Assembly (NCBI RefSeq): GCF_006345805.1
Contig: NC_043013.1
Location: 20,894,001-20,958,000, forward strand
Origin: Octopus sinensis
Taxonomy: Eukaryota
DNA length: 64,000 nucleotides
Direction: 5' to 3'
The notes below the pieces were generated by a model. It had not been told where the DNA came from, made no database searches, and saw nothing but the letters and a program-made list of their open reading frames with translations. This document shows positions 13,570 through 27,162 of this stretch, piece after piece. Numbering within the stretch: the stretch's first letter is position 1; each line of letters begins with the position of its first letter. The position numbers and the translations under genes are program-made.

Positions 13570-13759
13570 CTAATGCTGGACCGTTGAACTCTGCACATTT
13601 TTTTCTCTCTCCGTACTTTTTTTTCTTCTTAATTCTTTCTATCGAAGAGCGTAGGCTCGAAACGTAAAAGACTTTTCCATTTGTCCCGAGCATTAATATA
13701 ATACACCTGCTTGTTGTTTCTACACCTGTCTTCATCTTTTATTTTCTATAAATTTGAAC

Positions 13760-13760
<1 letters not shown>
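13570..13760 (+). mobile_element. family D (TA)n-abutting pLTR-like element
   Basis: Homologous to 58810-59009 and 45501-45615; ends at (TA)n; contains gaagagcgtaggctcgaaacgt. Confidence 0.7.
13634..13671 (+). ncRNA. degenerate minimal hammerhead-like motif (family D)
   Basis: UCUUU-CUAUCGA-A-GAGC(GUAG)GCUC-GAAA-CG-U-A-AAAGA; core mutated, stems I and II intact. Confidence 0.45.
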
Positions 13761-13810
<50 letters not shown>

Positions 13811-13859
13811 ACCACATGTTAATCGTTGGTGAATTTCTTCCTTTCTATTGGCCTTTCCT

Positions 13860-13894
13860 GTTTCTGAACAAGAGCGTTGCTCGAAACGTTAAAC
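13860..13894 (+). ncRNA. degenerate minimal hammerhead-like motif (family D-like)
   Basis: GUUU-CUGAACA-A-GAGC(GUU)GCUC-GAAA-CG-U-U-AAAC. Confidence 0.4.
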
Positions 13895-14032
13895 CATCTT
13901 TCTTTGCTTATGAATCTAAAAATGAATTTTTTATGGCTTGCTAGGTATCAGAACAAATCGGAAAAGTGTTTCGAACCTGAAATCGTAAACTAACTTACGG
14001 GCGCTTCTTTAGACTCAAAGGTCAAGGGGTGC

Positions 14033-14078
14033 TTCTGGTTGACGAGTTTTAGCACATCGAAACACCGGTGTCCAAGAA
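14033..14078 (+). ncRNA. degenerate type I hammerhead-like motif
   Basis: UUCUGG-UUGACGA-stem II (poorly paired)-GAAA-CAC(CG)GUG-U-C-CAAGAA; palindromic stem III, 5 of 6 stem I pairs, C3 to U. Confidence 0.4.
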
Positions 14079-15138
14079 TCCTTTGAACCAGCGAGCCAGA
14101 TGTGTTATGAATGCATTATCGTCGTACAAAGTATTTCTTTCGCGACGTTCAGAGCAGCGATTAGCATAATTTGTTTCGAATCTACAGAAGCATAAACATG
14201 CGAACCATCGTCTACATACGATATATTTGCTCAAAACTAAAAACATGTTGCTGTGTACGGTTGATGTGAAGTTTCGGATTTAATTGTGCAGAGATATTAC
14301 TTACTCGCTCCATTTCCATTTCCATGGAACATGTAAGAATTACAATATTTATACGCAATTATTTGAAAGGAATGACTTTATAAAAGGAACGCAAGAATGC
14401 GTACTAGATACGTTTTTGCAGCAAATAGAATTCTGTGATATTTGTCATTGAAAGGAAACAGTCATTGTTGTAGACCTTTACCTGGTCGAATTATTATATT
14501 GTATACAGAACGGGAAACGTTTCGCTTAAGTTATCGTTAACACATTGATTGTGTCCCTAAGGTATTGTTTAAATGGGATTCGGGAATGATAGCGTTAAGT
14601 AATGTTAACGCAGCTGTGCAATGGTCACATTGCGGTAAAATATGAGTTGAACATTTACAAATGTCTGCTGTGGAGATCACAGCGTGACGTTCATTCTAAA
14701 AGCCACAATGAGGAATTAGTGAAAAGAATCTACATTATGTAATTAGAAATTAATGAGGTGCGACTGAAATGATTCAATATTAATTCTATTAATGAGATAC
14801 GGAAAAAAATTACAGTATTAAAGCGTACATTATCGTTAATATGTATGTGCATGCATGTGTGTGTGTTTGTGCGTGTATATGTCTGAGTGTGGGCACGCCT
14901 ATATACATGTATATAAATATATATACATATATATGTGCGCATATATACATTTTCAAACACACACGCAAACGTATAGATATAAGTACATATATCTGTGGCT
15001 ATCATACATTTATACATATGCATAAATATGTGTATATCAACGAACGTATATAATACATCTCTATATATAAAATCAGAGGGAAAACAAGGTCGTGATCCAA
15101 GTCCATATATTCATATGATTCAGAGATGTGAATTAATG

Positions 15139-15340
15139 ACGGCTTCAAATTTTGGCACAAGGCCAGCAATTATTGAGCAGGGATAAGTCGATTACATTGA
15201 CCCCAGAGATCAAGTAGTACGTGCTTTATCGACCCAGAAAGGGTGAAAGTGAAGTCGGCCTCGATAGAATTTGAATTCAGAACGTAGAGACTGGCGAAAT
15301 GCCGGTAAGCATTTTACCCGGCATACTAAAGAGTCTACGA
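15139..15340 (-). mobile_element. SINE S1, tail b, diverged
   Basis: Core and B box recognisable on the minus strand. Confidence 0.75.
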
Positions 15341-15604
15341 GACAGAAAATATTCCCAAAAGAAATTGACGCATCAGTATCAAGAATTCACGATCGGCACT
15401 TTTCGGATGATTATGATCCCTGTTAATGTACATGTTTTCATGCTTGTGCATTAACTACAGCATTAGAGCGGTTTAGCTCTTATTTCTAGCAATGTTGGTG
15501 TTTCCTAATACCCTAGTCGCATTAAGTGACATTTGTAATTCTCCTTTTTGGTGGAACATTGCAAACTGCTTTTTATATCAATTATATATACATACATACA
15601 TACA

Positions 15605-15640
<36 letters not shown>

Positions 15641-15682
15641 TCATCATCATCATCAAAATAAGTAACAGGATATCCAGAGGTG

Positions 15683-15770
15683 ATGCAGTACGATCGTTTC
15701 AAGCGACTCCATTTAATTGAACAATGCAATCATTACTTCAATTTAAATGCAGAGCTATCCTCAGCTGCAT
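15683..15770 (-). ncRNA. type I hammerhead ribozyme with long stem II
   Basis: AUGCAG-CUGAGGA-57-nt stem II (agc/gcu, cauuu/aaaug, aauugaa/uucaauu)-GAAA-C(GAUC)G-U-A-CUGCAU; the 10.1-11.1 pair is U-U. Confidence 0.7.
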
Positions 15771-15944
15771 AAATAAATAAAATAAATAGAATTTATTTAA
15801 TCAGTCGGAAACTTTTGTACACTTTTGCCTAAATCCTCTAAGAGAGTAAGAAGACAGACAAAGTCCCTGCTGTATTCACTTCAGCTTAGAAGCTACTAGG
15901 GCTTTGGGAAAAACCAGTTAGAGTTTTATTTATTTTATTTATTT

Positions 15945-16032
15945 ATGTAGTTGAGGAAGGCTCTGCACTTAAATTGATGTAATGATTGCTTGTTTCAATT
16001 AAATGGAGTCGGTTGAAACGATCGTACTGCAT
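15945..16032 (+). ncRNA. mutated mirror-copy hammerhead (C3 to U)
   Basis: AUGUAG-UUGAGGA-...-GAAA-C(GAUC)G-U-A-CUGCAU. Confidence 0.55.
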
Positions 16033-16156
16033 CATCTTTGGATATCCTGTTGCTTATTTTGATTTTATTCACTTTTTTTGAAACTGTACGGATAATATCA
16101 CACTAATTTTTGGCACCTTGACTTAAGTACCTAATTCATCTGAATCTAGATTATTT

Positions 16157-16196
<40 letters not shown>

Positions 16197-16498
16197 AGTG
16201 ACACAGACAGTGATTGATAGAAAGATGTATGTGTGCGTATGTGTCTACGTGCGCGCGTATATATACATACCTGAATGTCTGCGTGGTTAGTGGTGCGCAT
16301 AAGAAATTACGTGTGAGTGTGTAAGCATATATTCAACCAATCTAAACACAGTGTCGAGAGCAAAATTTAGTTCTTATTTCTACCTAGTAGAACGATCGGA
16401 GTTGTTCGAACTGAATATTAACAGCATCGTTGTGAAATGCCTCTTCACCGAAACCTTATATGTATGTGTTTTCTTTTATGTGTATACTCATACGTGTA

Positions 16499-16944
16499 GT
16501 AGGCGGTGAGCTGGCAGACACGTTAGCATGCCGGGCGAAATCTTTGCGGTAGTTCGTCCGCCGCTGCGTTCTGAGTTCAAAGTCCGCCGAGGTCGACTTT
16601 GCCTTTCATCCTTTCGGGGTCGATAAATTAAGTACAAGTTACGCACTGGGGTCGATGTAATTGACTTAACCCTTTAGCATTCAAACCGGCCATATCTGGC
16701 CAAAATATTTAACCTGTTTTATATTGAAACTGACCAGATCTCGCCTCTCATCTCAGTCCTACCATGCCATTCTAAAACTAACAAATCACATCACTGAAAT
16801 CTCTAAACTACAAGATAATTCAAACCATTTTAAATAAACAAACATCACATTTGACAGAATAATCTGAACACTAAAGGGTTAATCCGTTTGTCTGTCCTTG
16901 TTTGTCCCCTCTGTGTTTAGCCCCTTGTGGGTAGTAAAGAAATA
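16499..16944 (+). mobile_element. full-length SINE S1 (tail a) with 16-bp TSD, interrupted by a MITE
   Basis: A-box-like ggcggtgagctggcag, B box gagttcaaagtcc; tatactcatacgtgta is duplicated at 16483-16498 and 16945-16960. Confidence 0.9.
16670..16878. mobile_element. piggyBac-like MITE in a TTAA site
   Basis: TTAA|CCCTTTAGcaTTCA ... TGAAcaCTAAAGGG|TTAA; the host SINE resumes exactly after the duplicated TTAA. Confidence 0.85.
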
Positions 16945-18696
16945 TATACTCATACGTGTATGCTTGTATCTGTATATTCCTGCTTGTACGCGTATTTTTA
17001 TGTGCCTGTGTTTATCTCTATGTGTGTGTTAATCTGTATTTTTGTGTCGTTGTGATTATGTAAAATATCTTGGGGATGTTTTATTCTGACCCTTACATTT
17101 TAAAAAATGAAAATCAAAGTATTCTTCTCCCCACTGTCAACGAGTCACTTCAATAGTGTTCAACTGTAAGTTAAATAACAGTTGTAAGTTCTGTAAGTTT
17201 TTAAAATATTTATCTTAATGTATAATTATTTCTTCTGTCTTCCTAACCTTATTTGATTATTCTAAAGATACTGAATATATTTTCAATTCCATTCCACATT
17301 CAAGAAGGAGAAAGTAACATTCCAAACACACTGTGACGCTGGGTAAGAGGAGCAGAGTAGTACAGTAGGTTATTAGTTACTACAGATGTGGTGAGTTATC
17401 TAATTGGTATAAATATATTCAAAATAGCTCTTTATCAGATTTTCGAACGTGGCTATTGAATTAACGTCATGATTTACGAGAAAATATATTTAAAGGCAAA
17501 ATATTCAAATATTCCGATTCATCTATCATAATAACTGATACCTTTTATCTTAGAAATTCAAAGAAATTATCCAAAAGAAAATGAAGTTTTATATTATGAT
17601 GGTATTAAACGAACATCCAATATCGGGTCGTTTCATAGAATTAGTAATGAAATAATCAAATTCTTCTGGACGGTACCATTGACTTGTGCACTTAATATTT
17701 TACCGAATCTTCAATGAACCGAAAAAGTCTTACAGTATGATAGGACTTCTACAAACTTTAAATATTAAACGAAAATTCCAATACGGTAAACATAAATAAC
17801 GAATTTGCTAGTTTCTAACTAGTTTCTAAGATTATATTGGTAACAGGGTTTTATTCTCCTGACAATGATGTCTGCTAACCTAATGAAACACGTGTAAAAA
17901 GCACAAACTACGCTTTCTCTGTCCCTTATGTACGTATATATTTATATATGCATGTATGTGTGTATGTAGTGTAAATATGTGTGCGTGCGTACGTGTGTGT
18001 GTGTGTGTGTGTTGATTGCTCCATCTTCACAAATGATTACTGTCTCCTTGAGCCTCCACGTTGTTAATGTCATTTCTGACTTTCCGGCAATGGTCCTTCA
18101 GTGGATAGCTCAGTCCCGCTGCAGATCTGGGTGATTGAATGATAAGGGACAGACGAAAGTCGTAAATTACTGGGCACTTCTAACACAAGACTTTCAATAG
18201 ATGGAACGACAAATGAGATCACCATAAAGAAACATATACATGGATTATAGAGATAAAGGCTTGTACAACACATGTACCATTCTTTGAATGTGTGATTAGT
18301 GCCTAGTGACAGGTTGTAACGCGATGACCAGTAATCATGTGAACCCGCAGGATTTACATCAGGGTGTCCTTCGCCTGAATCGTTGCTGTGATAAAAGTTA
18401 AGGCTTCTTCATTTCCGGTGTTTTTACTTCATACCCTGATACCAACCAAGGGTATTTCTGCGCCCCCACGCTCGGATGGATTGCTATTACATATTTTAGT
18501 TAACAGCTGCTACTACTCTGGGTCAGAATAGACCTAGGAACAATGGTGTTTAAGCGGTGGCACCACACTCCTCAAAACATGGGACCTTTTGAAACAGGAT
18601 CCCATTGCTGGATGGAGTTTGAATTCATACTCAAGACACACACACGCGTGTACAAACACACACATACATACATACATACATACATACATACATACA

Positions 18697-18727
<31 letters not shown>

Positions 18728-20029
18728 GTGTGCTACAACCATAAACACAACACTCATTCACTTATACTGACGAAACTCATCAGCACATATCCACGAACAG
18801 ATATGTACAGATACCGATATACGCACAAGGACGCATAGCCATATAAACATACATGCATACACATTCAAAAACTCACGATCCACATTCACACACATACACG
18901 CACGCACACACAGAGTTACCATATCGTAAATTATTGTTCGTCTCAACAGGTGCCAGAATCTTTCCTTCGTTCGTTAGACAAAGCTAATTGAACATATTGC
19001 CATCTCTCTTTGAATTGTTCTTTTATCGATTCTTGCTTGACAAATATTCTTTGCGAATTGGTTCCCTTTGAAGTGCTTAATATTCTCTTTGATCGGGTGA
19101 AGAATTAACGATATAAAAGGAGATTAAACAGATCTTTAATTCCTTTATCTAAGAAACAAATGTAAGGGGCCGTACTGCCCCCGAAGACTTTAGTACTGTG
19201 TGGCAAAATGGTGTATTTGGAGAAAAATTGTGTAGAAGGAAAAAAAGGCAGAGAGGGAGATGGTATAAAAACATGAGGGGTTGACTCCCGAAAAGATGGA
19301 CAATTGAAGTAATATAGGATTTACTGTGCCTTTGCAATCGCCATCGTCCATTCATTTAGATTGCTTCAACAGAATCAGCAGTCGACGATGAAACGTCATC
19401 ATTTCACCCAGAGTTTTTTTTTAATGCATGGAGACGACCAGGAATAACGAAAACAAATCCTATCAAAGGGTGGAAGGGCCTCAAATTAAGAAACCAACAG
19501 CTAACTTGGATATAGGACAGGTGCTAACAAGTTATAACTATTGAAACACATGTTGCTCACTGTCAACATCCATCTTAGGCTACTGATTTGGGATGTTTGG
19601 AAAACACTTTAACGATTTGTATTAAGTTCTTCAGTCACTTATTGATTTTAGTCTCCAGTTATTTAGAAATCAAATTTAAAAGCAAATACATCCCAACCGT
19701 AGCCATCACCTCACGTTCTTTCTCTTCTACATTATGTATCATATATATCATAGTATACATCATATGCTATATATCGTATATATCAAGTGCTACATTACAG
19801 AAGGTTTGTCTTCTTCAAGACTGCAAAGTGTAATTTAAGCAAGAGTTGACTATCATTTTTAGTTGCTCATTTCAGCAGCTGAGTCTTCTGTTTGTCACTG
19901 CGAATGTTATTAATATTGTAATTATTACTGATATTGATGAAGTTGTTGCTATGGTCGCTAATGTTGCTGTTGATATTACTAGATTGTTGATGATGCTGTT
20001 GCTGTACTTATTATCATTGTTAATGTTAA

Positions 20030-20230
20030 CGAGGCAAACTGACAGAATTTTTACTGCGCTGGACAATATGCTCGTGGAATATCTCCTGCGTTTACATTCT
20101 GAGTTCAAATATGGGTTAAACGATTTTGTCTTTCATCCTTTCCAGATCATTGAAAAATGGGTTCCAATGAGGTAGATCACATCAGCCCTGTTGAGTACTG
20201 AGGCCAATGGAATCAAGTTACCCCTTCCCA
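20030..20230 (+). mobile_element. old degenerate SINE S1
   Basis: ttctgagttcaaat and gtctttcatcctttcc retained. Confidence 0.55.
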
Positions 20231-20239
20231 TACAAAATT

Positions 20240-20580
20240 TTATTTTTAACACAGGTTTTGTTGAAACTCCTGGTGTCTTGCATGCATGGCGGTACCATAT
20301 TACCCGTTCTTTTCAGCATTCTAATACTTTCCTGATTATTCTAGCCGCGCCAAGTAGGCAAAGTTTTTGTAACAATTCTACTGAGCACTGTATTCCAATT
20401 TCCTTTATATTCCTATTGATGCCTTCTGATAGTGTTCCCAAAGACCTAACAATGGTTGGCACTATCTTCACCTTCTTCATTTTCCATAGGCGGGATATTT
20501 CGTACTTAAGAGGTTTGTACTTATCTATTTTTTCGTCTTCCTGCTTTGGTTTTTCAATTGCCACGTCCTAGATATCTCAA
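20240..20580 (-). mobile_element. non-LTR retrotransposon 3' end with restriction-like endonuclease C-terminus (R4/Dong-like)
   Basis: ORF 20313-20564: EKIDKYKPLKYEISRLWKMKKVKIVPTIVRSLGT...LQKLCLLGAARIIRKVL. Confidence 0.8.
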
Positions 20581-21139
20581 TCTCAAGTTCCTTATATTTC
20601 GACGATTTTCCAAATTCCTTTGCTGAGATGTTTCTATCAGTAGGCATTGTCTTGTCAAATAACTAGGAGTTACGTATATCATTTAATAATATATTAAATA
20701 ATACATTTGATAAGAGTCTGGTTCAGCTCCATGTAACTGAATGTTCCATGGGCTCGTGGAACTTGTCTAACTCGTTAAGATCTTGGAATCAAATGAGAGA
20801 GAGAGAGAGATAGAGAGAGAGAAATTTGGTTCGCAAGCGACAGCAGTTACCTGGTGTGCGTGTGTGTGTGCGCGAGTGCGCACATCAGGCATATCGTTGT
20901 ATGCGTACCTGGCACATCTCCATATGTAAATGCAGCTAAATTTCTCAGTGACATCAGTAGCATGTACTACAGGTGTCGCTGCTAAATTGCTAACACCATA
21001 TGACGTCCGTTGACCAAAGAGAGCGCTATATACCCATAAACCACTCTGGTCTTCTTCTCATTCACTTCCTTGAAGCTGACGAGTGTGGTTCATTTGATGA
21101 GTTTAGGAAGCTTTAAGTTGCGTGGAGCCAAATCAAACT

Positions 21140-21504
<365 letters not shown>

Positions 21505-22346
21505 CCGTTTCTTGAGTTATTGCCCACCATCATTGAAATACATTTATAGAAATACAATTTTGAAGACGTGAAATGTTTAGAAATAAAGTAGTGAGTCAGT
21601 TTGAAACAAAAGGTTTGAACAAAGAACCACGGACAAAATGATTCATAGAATGTGCCACGATATGATAATGATTTCGTAGTCAAAATTTCAGAGAATATAA
21701 CAGACGATAAACTGAAGATGATAAATGGGAAACGGTAAGCATTCTTGGAGGTAATCATGTGTAATAATCGACGAGGATGTAGAATCCTTTGCATAAAATC
21801 TGTATTGTGAAATTTCCCATGACAAAAACTGTCTCCATTTAATGACCAACGTTAAGACATAAAGATATACATATTTTATTAACGATGAAGAATTGACTCA
21901 TATACTACAAATGGAACATTGTCAAGTAGCTTCTCTTCAATTTCATATTTTCACCATTATTATGATTTATGGCATATTCTCTTCATTTCTCAAATTCTAT
22001 TTCTAATACAAAATATTTTTGAATTATTAGCAAAGGAGTTTCTTTCTCTCAAAATATATACTGCTAAATTGCTTTTATGAAATAAATGAATTGTGACAGG
22101 AATGTAGAACACAGTTTCCGGTCACATATTATATATTTTTATTTCTCATTTGGTTTGGTCGGTACACTAAATATTTGAAGTTTCCCCCCAAAGAGTTCTA
22201 CCTGTACAAAAGGAGTCGATATTTCGACCTTCGAGACCTTGTGATTATATACTACTGTATTCACGTTTATTGGAACAGCTATCCTCAAAAGGTGTGATCA
22301 GGTTAATTAGACGATCTCAGGCATAGATTATTATATTTCTGTTCAG

Positions 22347-22476
22347 CATCAAAGACATGCATGACATCCGTGCTATTACACATGGGGTCTACAGGACAAA
22401 ACATGCAACCAAACGCCGGAAACTTTGCAGTAACACGCTATCAGCCTTCCTAGACCAATGTTTAATATCTGTTGAG
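22347..22476 (+). CDS. candidate exon (IKDMHDIRAITHGVYRTKHATKRRKLCSNTLSAFLDQCLISVE)
   Basis: Acceptor ttattatatttctgttcag, donor GAG|GTAATA, open frame with phase 2 to 0. Confidence 0.3.
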
Positions 22477-22649
22477 GTAATAAGTAATATCACCTTCGTA
22501 TCTTATACATATCATCATCATCATCATCATTTTCGTTATTATTCGTATTTTCCTTTTCATTGTATACCGTGTACACTTACTCTTTTATCATTTTGTGGCA
22601 GTCTTTGTATAGTGCCCATCATCTTTTGCCCTAGTGACAAATAAATGAA

Positions 22650-22713
22650 ATCATCATCATCATCATCATCATCATAATTAGTATTATTATTATTATTATT
22701 ATCATTATTATTA

Positions 22714-22780
<67 letters not shown>

Positions 22781-22800
22781 CATTATTATTATATTATTAA

Positions 22801-22860
<60 letters not shown>

Positions 22861-22890
22861 CATCATCATCATCATCATTATCATTATTAT
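22650..22890. repeat. (ATC)/(ATT)n microsatellite
   Basis: Read directly. Confidence 0.95.
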
Positions 22891-23967
22891 TCTAAACTCG
22901 TGAAAACTAACAACATGATGGATCCTATCAACATAACCAGAAACTATGTTGAGTCTATGTCTAACACTTGTCCCCTGCTGTCTGCATTATTGTTCCTGAA
23001 GTGACACATCAACAGTGCCAATCATACTGAAAACATTCCTCAAAAATCTTGGCCTAATCCTTCCTGTCTATAATGCAACCCTCTAAAATCTGCACACTCT
23101 GTCTTCTTTCTGCTACATCACAGATAGAACGATAGACATATCACGCTCTCCTTTCCAGTTTGTGTGTGTGTGTCGGTGAGTGTATGTCTGTGTGTGTGTG
23201 TTTTGTGGATTATGATGGGGTTCCAATGACAATGGCACAATCTTTTCTCTTCCTACAAAATTACATAAAGAAATGGAGTATCAGAATTTTTCATTTCGAG
23301 ACTAGAAATATTGAATGACGTATTTTCACTCTGTGAAACACGTCAATGATCATCTGGTGACGTTCAGCTATTTGGACAATGATTAAATATATTTTCAGAC
23401 TAGAAACGACAGATCTCTGACATACATGAGCTCAATAGTTTTCAAAAATATAATCCCAGTTTCAGTTGTATCTATATATCTGCTACATCATGTAAAATTG
23501 ATACATTAGCAATTCACACATGAATAGGCTTCAATCATGAGTCGACCTCTAACTTATTAACTTCGCAGAAACCAAACCAAAAAAATAGAAACCTTCTGTA
23601 CATCCAACATAGAAGTGACTTGCCACACTACATGCAGCTATCACCGTTCCTTATTACGCTGATTCCTATCAGAACAGACATATGACGATATCAGAGAAGT
23701 AATCTTTCACTTAACCTTATCATCCTTTCTGCATTAATTCCAATCTGAAATAGAATATCACTGAACCAGAATACCATTTTATTATCTTTTATTGATTTAT
23801 TTCGGTATTTGTGAGAAAGTACATTATGTTATTCATAATATCTGATACGCACACACATACACAGAGATACGTTAGTGTGTGCATACACATATGTGCATGA
23901 TATATATATGTACTGATATATATATATATATATATATACGTATATGGCTTTTGCATCCATCCATTCC

Positions 23968-24045
<78 letters not shown>

Positions 24046-24247
24046 TGTGTATGTGTGAGTGTGTATTCTTACATACGTTTGTGTTTGATTGATTGCACAC
24101 AACCAGTATGTATACATATGAGGAGTGATATTTGTTTACGAAAACGGCTATTTAATACAAGTTTAGAATGAAATATATATATATATATGGTGTGTGTGTG
24201 TGTGTGTGAGTGTGTGTGATGTGTGTGTATGCGTGTATGTATGTATG

Positions 24248-24318
<71 letters not shown>

Positions 24319-25354
24319 CATATATATATATGATAAAATATAATAAAATATACCTCGTTAAAGATAAAACTTCATTACTTCAATTCATATCTAATTCAAA
24401 AATTACATCTATAATCACTAGAGGCTAACCAGAACCACCGTGTCGGAACCAGGACATGTACAAAAAAATAATCTGACTTGGTACAGTGTTAAACCTGTAG
24501 TACAGGAGATAGCTTATTGCATTTATACACAATCGGGAGTGAGTTAGTTTTCCTTTCGGCGATAAGAGAATTGTATGACGAACGAAAATAAAAACGAAAA
24601 TATAAGAATAAAATTGATATAATAAAAAAAAAAACATAAGAAAGAGTAAAAGAAATATAGGGGAATTTATAAAGTCAATTTGTAGGTGAAACAGGAAGGA
24701 AAAATAAAACGGAGGTAATTATCTGCACTGTTATAGTGAAAAATTATAGAGGCTACGAGGTTAGAAGATTGTGTGTGTGTGTGTGTGGTGGGGTTCTGTA
24801 TACAAAAATACTTTTTGTAGTGTTGCCTTCCAGTATTTTAAAAGGTAGCTATAAAAATGACAATATTTGATAAAGAATTTACTTTGCATGGATTTCCATA
24901 ATTTTCTGAATCATTCAAGTTTGTTTTTTTTTAGTATATATTCTATATCTTAACGTAATGGTTCTATATGGTCTGCATCGCCCTAGTCTCATCCACTTGA
25001 CATTGAAATCGGTAGCTTTTTTTTTTTCTATTCCAGTTGAAACTAACTCACTTCATTTCCGAGTTGCACTTGTCTGTCAATAATATCATCTGAGATGGTG
25101 CGTTGAAACTAAAACAGTTACAGCTTGGATGACGCGTTTCCCATTTGAAAATTACCGAATCTGTTAACTTCACTCAATCATTTAACATTTGGTGTCAAAC
25201 TTTTCGTCACATTGTCTGTAACCTGGTCACTGACACAGTTCTACTGCATTTCGCTATTAATTATATTGATATCTAATTATATGTGCACATTACGGCCTCT
25301 TTAATCCAGTATTCAACACCGAAAGTTTTATGTGCATGAGGCAACTACAACAAC

Positions 25355-25372
25355 TATATCTATCTATCTATA

Positions 25373-25409
<37 letters not shown>

Positions 25410-25500
25410 GTCTATCTATCTATCTATCTATCATTCTATCTATTCATCTATCTATCTATTTATCTATCTATCCATTTATCTATCTATCCATCTATCTATC
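25355..25500. repeat. (TCTA)n microsatellite
   Basis: Read directly. Confidence 0.95.
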
Positions 25501-26505
25501 TATTTACCTAACTGTCTATCTAACTCACTATCTATCACTACAATTGAATGCTTATGTGTGTGTATACTGTTCGGTAAAAAATCATTTTTAGGGTCCTTGG
25601 GTTTTCGGTGACAAGAACATATCCTATTACTCAACATTGTAATTGATTATTAGGTAAAGTGATTGCCGGTTCCCAAAGAAGTGCTTACTATGAATGCCGC
25701 TTGATTCTCTGAATTCATATTTTCTTCTATACTTTGTATCTGTATTATCAGTAACGATATAATGATTAAATAGCGTATAAGATAATGACCATGATATTGG
25801 TATATTTGAGGTTTTTCTTTGCATCTTTGTATATTTCTTAGATTGCTTGTTTCTCATTTCCTTTATATCTGTTCATAATCCTAATGTATGAGTGTCTGTG
25901 TATTTCGCTGCTCTTGCTCTATGTTTTTGGCCATCTCACATTTCTGCTCGACTGCATGGGGTGCAGTGTACGGAAAGGCCTGCTTCTCACACGTACATCG
26001 AAATATTATTAACATTACAATTAATCACGCTATATGCTTCATTATAATGAGATTGCAAGATTTCCATTTTGACTTGAAATTGTTCGCAGCTGGGTTAAGA
26101 AATATGATTGATAAATGGATATAAAGAAATTGTACGTATAATATACATCCTTACCTAATGAAGTACTACATACATATATAGACACACACGTGCACACAGT
26201 GACAATCTCTCTCTCACACGCACACATACGTTAAACACTTACATACCCATAGGTAAACAAAATATTAGAAAATATCATTATTCAGGAATTTCTTGTCGCT
26301 ATTGTTTCTTTTCCTCTATTTATTTTCAAGTTTCTCATCAAGTGAGGAATGAAAGTGTAGAGTGTATTAATTAAAAACTTAAAGCATTTTTTTAAAGATA
26401 TTTAAATATATGCAAATATATAAAATCATCCGCGCATGAATTCGCATCGGCAGATATTTTTCAACTGATTGAGATTGTCTTTTGCCATATATATTGATGC
26501 ATACG

Positions 26506-26770
26506 AGGCGGCGAGCTGGCAGAAACGTTAGTTATAAGGCGGCAAGCTGACAGAAACGTTAGTGCGCCGGGCGAAATGCTTAGCGGTATTTCATCTGTCG
26601 TTGCGTTCTGAGTTCAAATTCCGCCGAGGTCGACTTTGCCCTTCAATACTTTCGGGGTCGATAAATAAAGTACCAGTTTCGCACTGGAGTCGATATAATC
26701 GACTTAATCCGTTTGTCTGTCCTTGTTTGTCCCTTCTGTGTTTAGCCCCTTATGGGCAGTAAGGAAATAA
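26506..26770 (+). mobile_element. SINE S1 (tail a) preceded by a second isolated S1 head
   Basis: Head at 26506-26529 and full copy from 26537; agttata flanks the full copy on both sides (possible 7-bp TSD). Confidence 0.85.
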
Positions 26771-26819
26771 GTTATAGCAAATACTGCAAACTTAGGATAG
26801 ACTATAAATTTCTATCTAG

Positions 26820-26892
26820 TACTTGGCTGGCTTATCGATCGAGTGATAAGGGAAGATATGATCATAGCAGGTTTCTTTCTCAAGACGAAATG
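26820..26892 (+). CDS. candidate exon (LGWLIDRVIREDMIIAGFFLKTK; an alternative frame is also open)
   Basis: Acceptor aatttctatctag, donor ATG|GTAAGT, 73 nt. Confidence 0.35.
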
Positions 26893-27162
26893 GTAAGTAA
26901 CTAAATACTGCGAAGTATGCACTTTGCGTGTAAAACTAAAAATTCTTTCGTTGAATTACGGATTAAAATCGGATTAGTTCTTTTGATTTTTATTGATTTC
27001 ATAGAGGATTAATTTCTAATTCGTGTTTACTTCTGATCAGTATTCTATATTTCTGTGGATCAATAGCTTAGGACAGAGGACGAAGTATATATTTACCACC
27101 CAAACACAAATGGATTAGAATTTATCTTTGTTTCAATTTATCTTTGATGCATTCTTGAAGAT

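Larger units (their letters stand above)
15652..16160 (+). mobile_element. family B fold-back element: arms 15652-15788 and 15927-16063, unique tail, then (TA)n
   Basis: About 137-bp imperfect inverted repeats; tail gacttaagtacc..ttcatctgaatcta is shared with other B copies. Confidence 0.85.

Noticed and set aside
13999-14085. Minus-strand exon candidate ending CCC|GTAAGT
   Set aside because: Poor acceptor, and no other supported minus-strand exons.
20990-21045. TGACGTC plus TATA-like sequence as a promoter
   Set aside because: Short motifs are expected by chance, with no linked first exon.
21705-21740. CTGAAGA...GAAACGGTA
   Set aside because: No stem I or stem II pairing.
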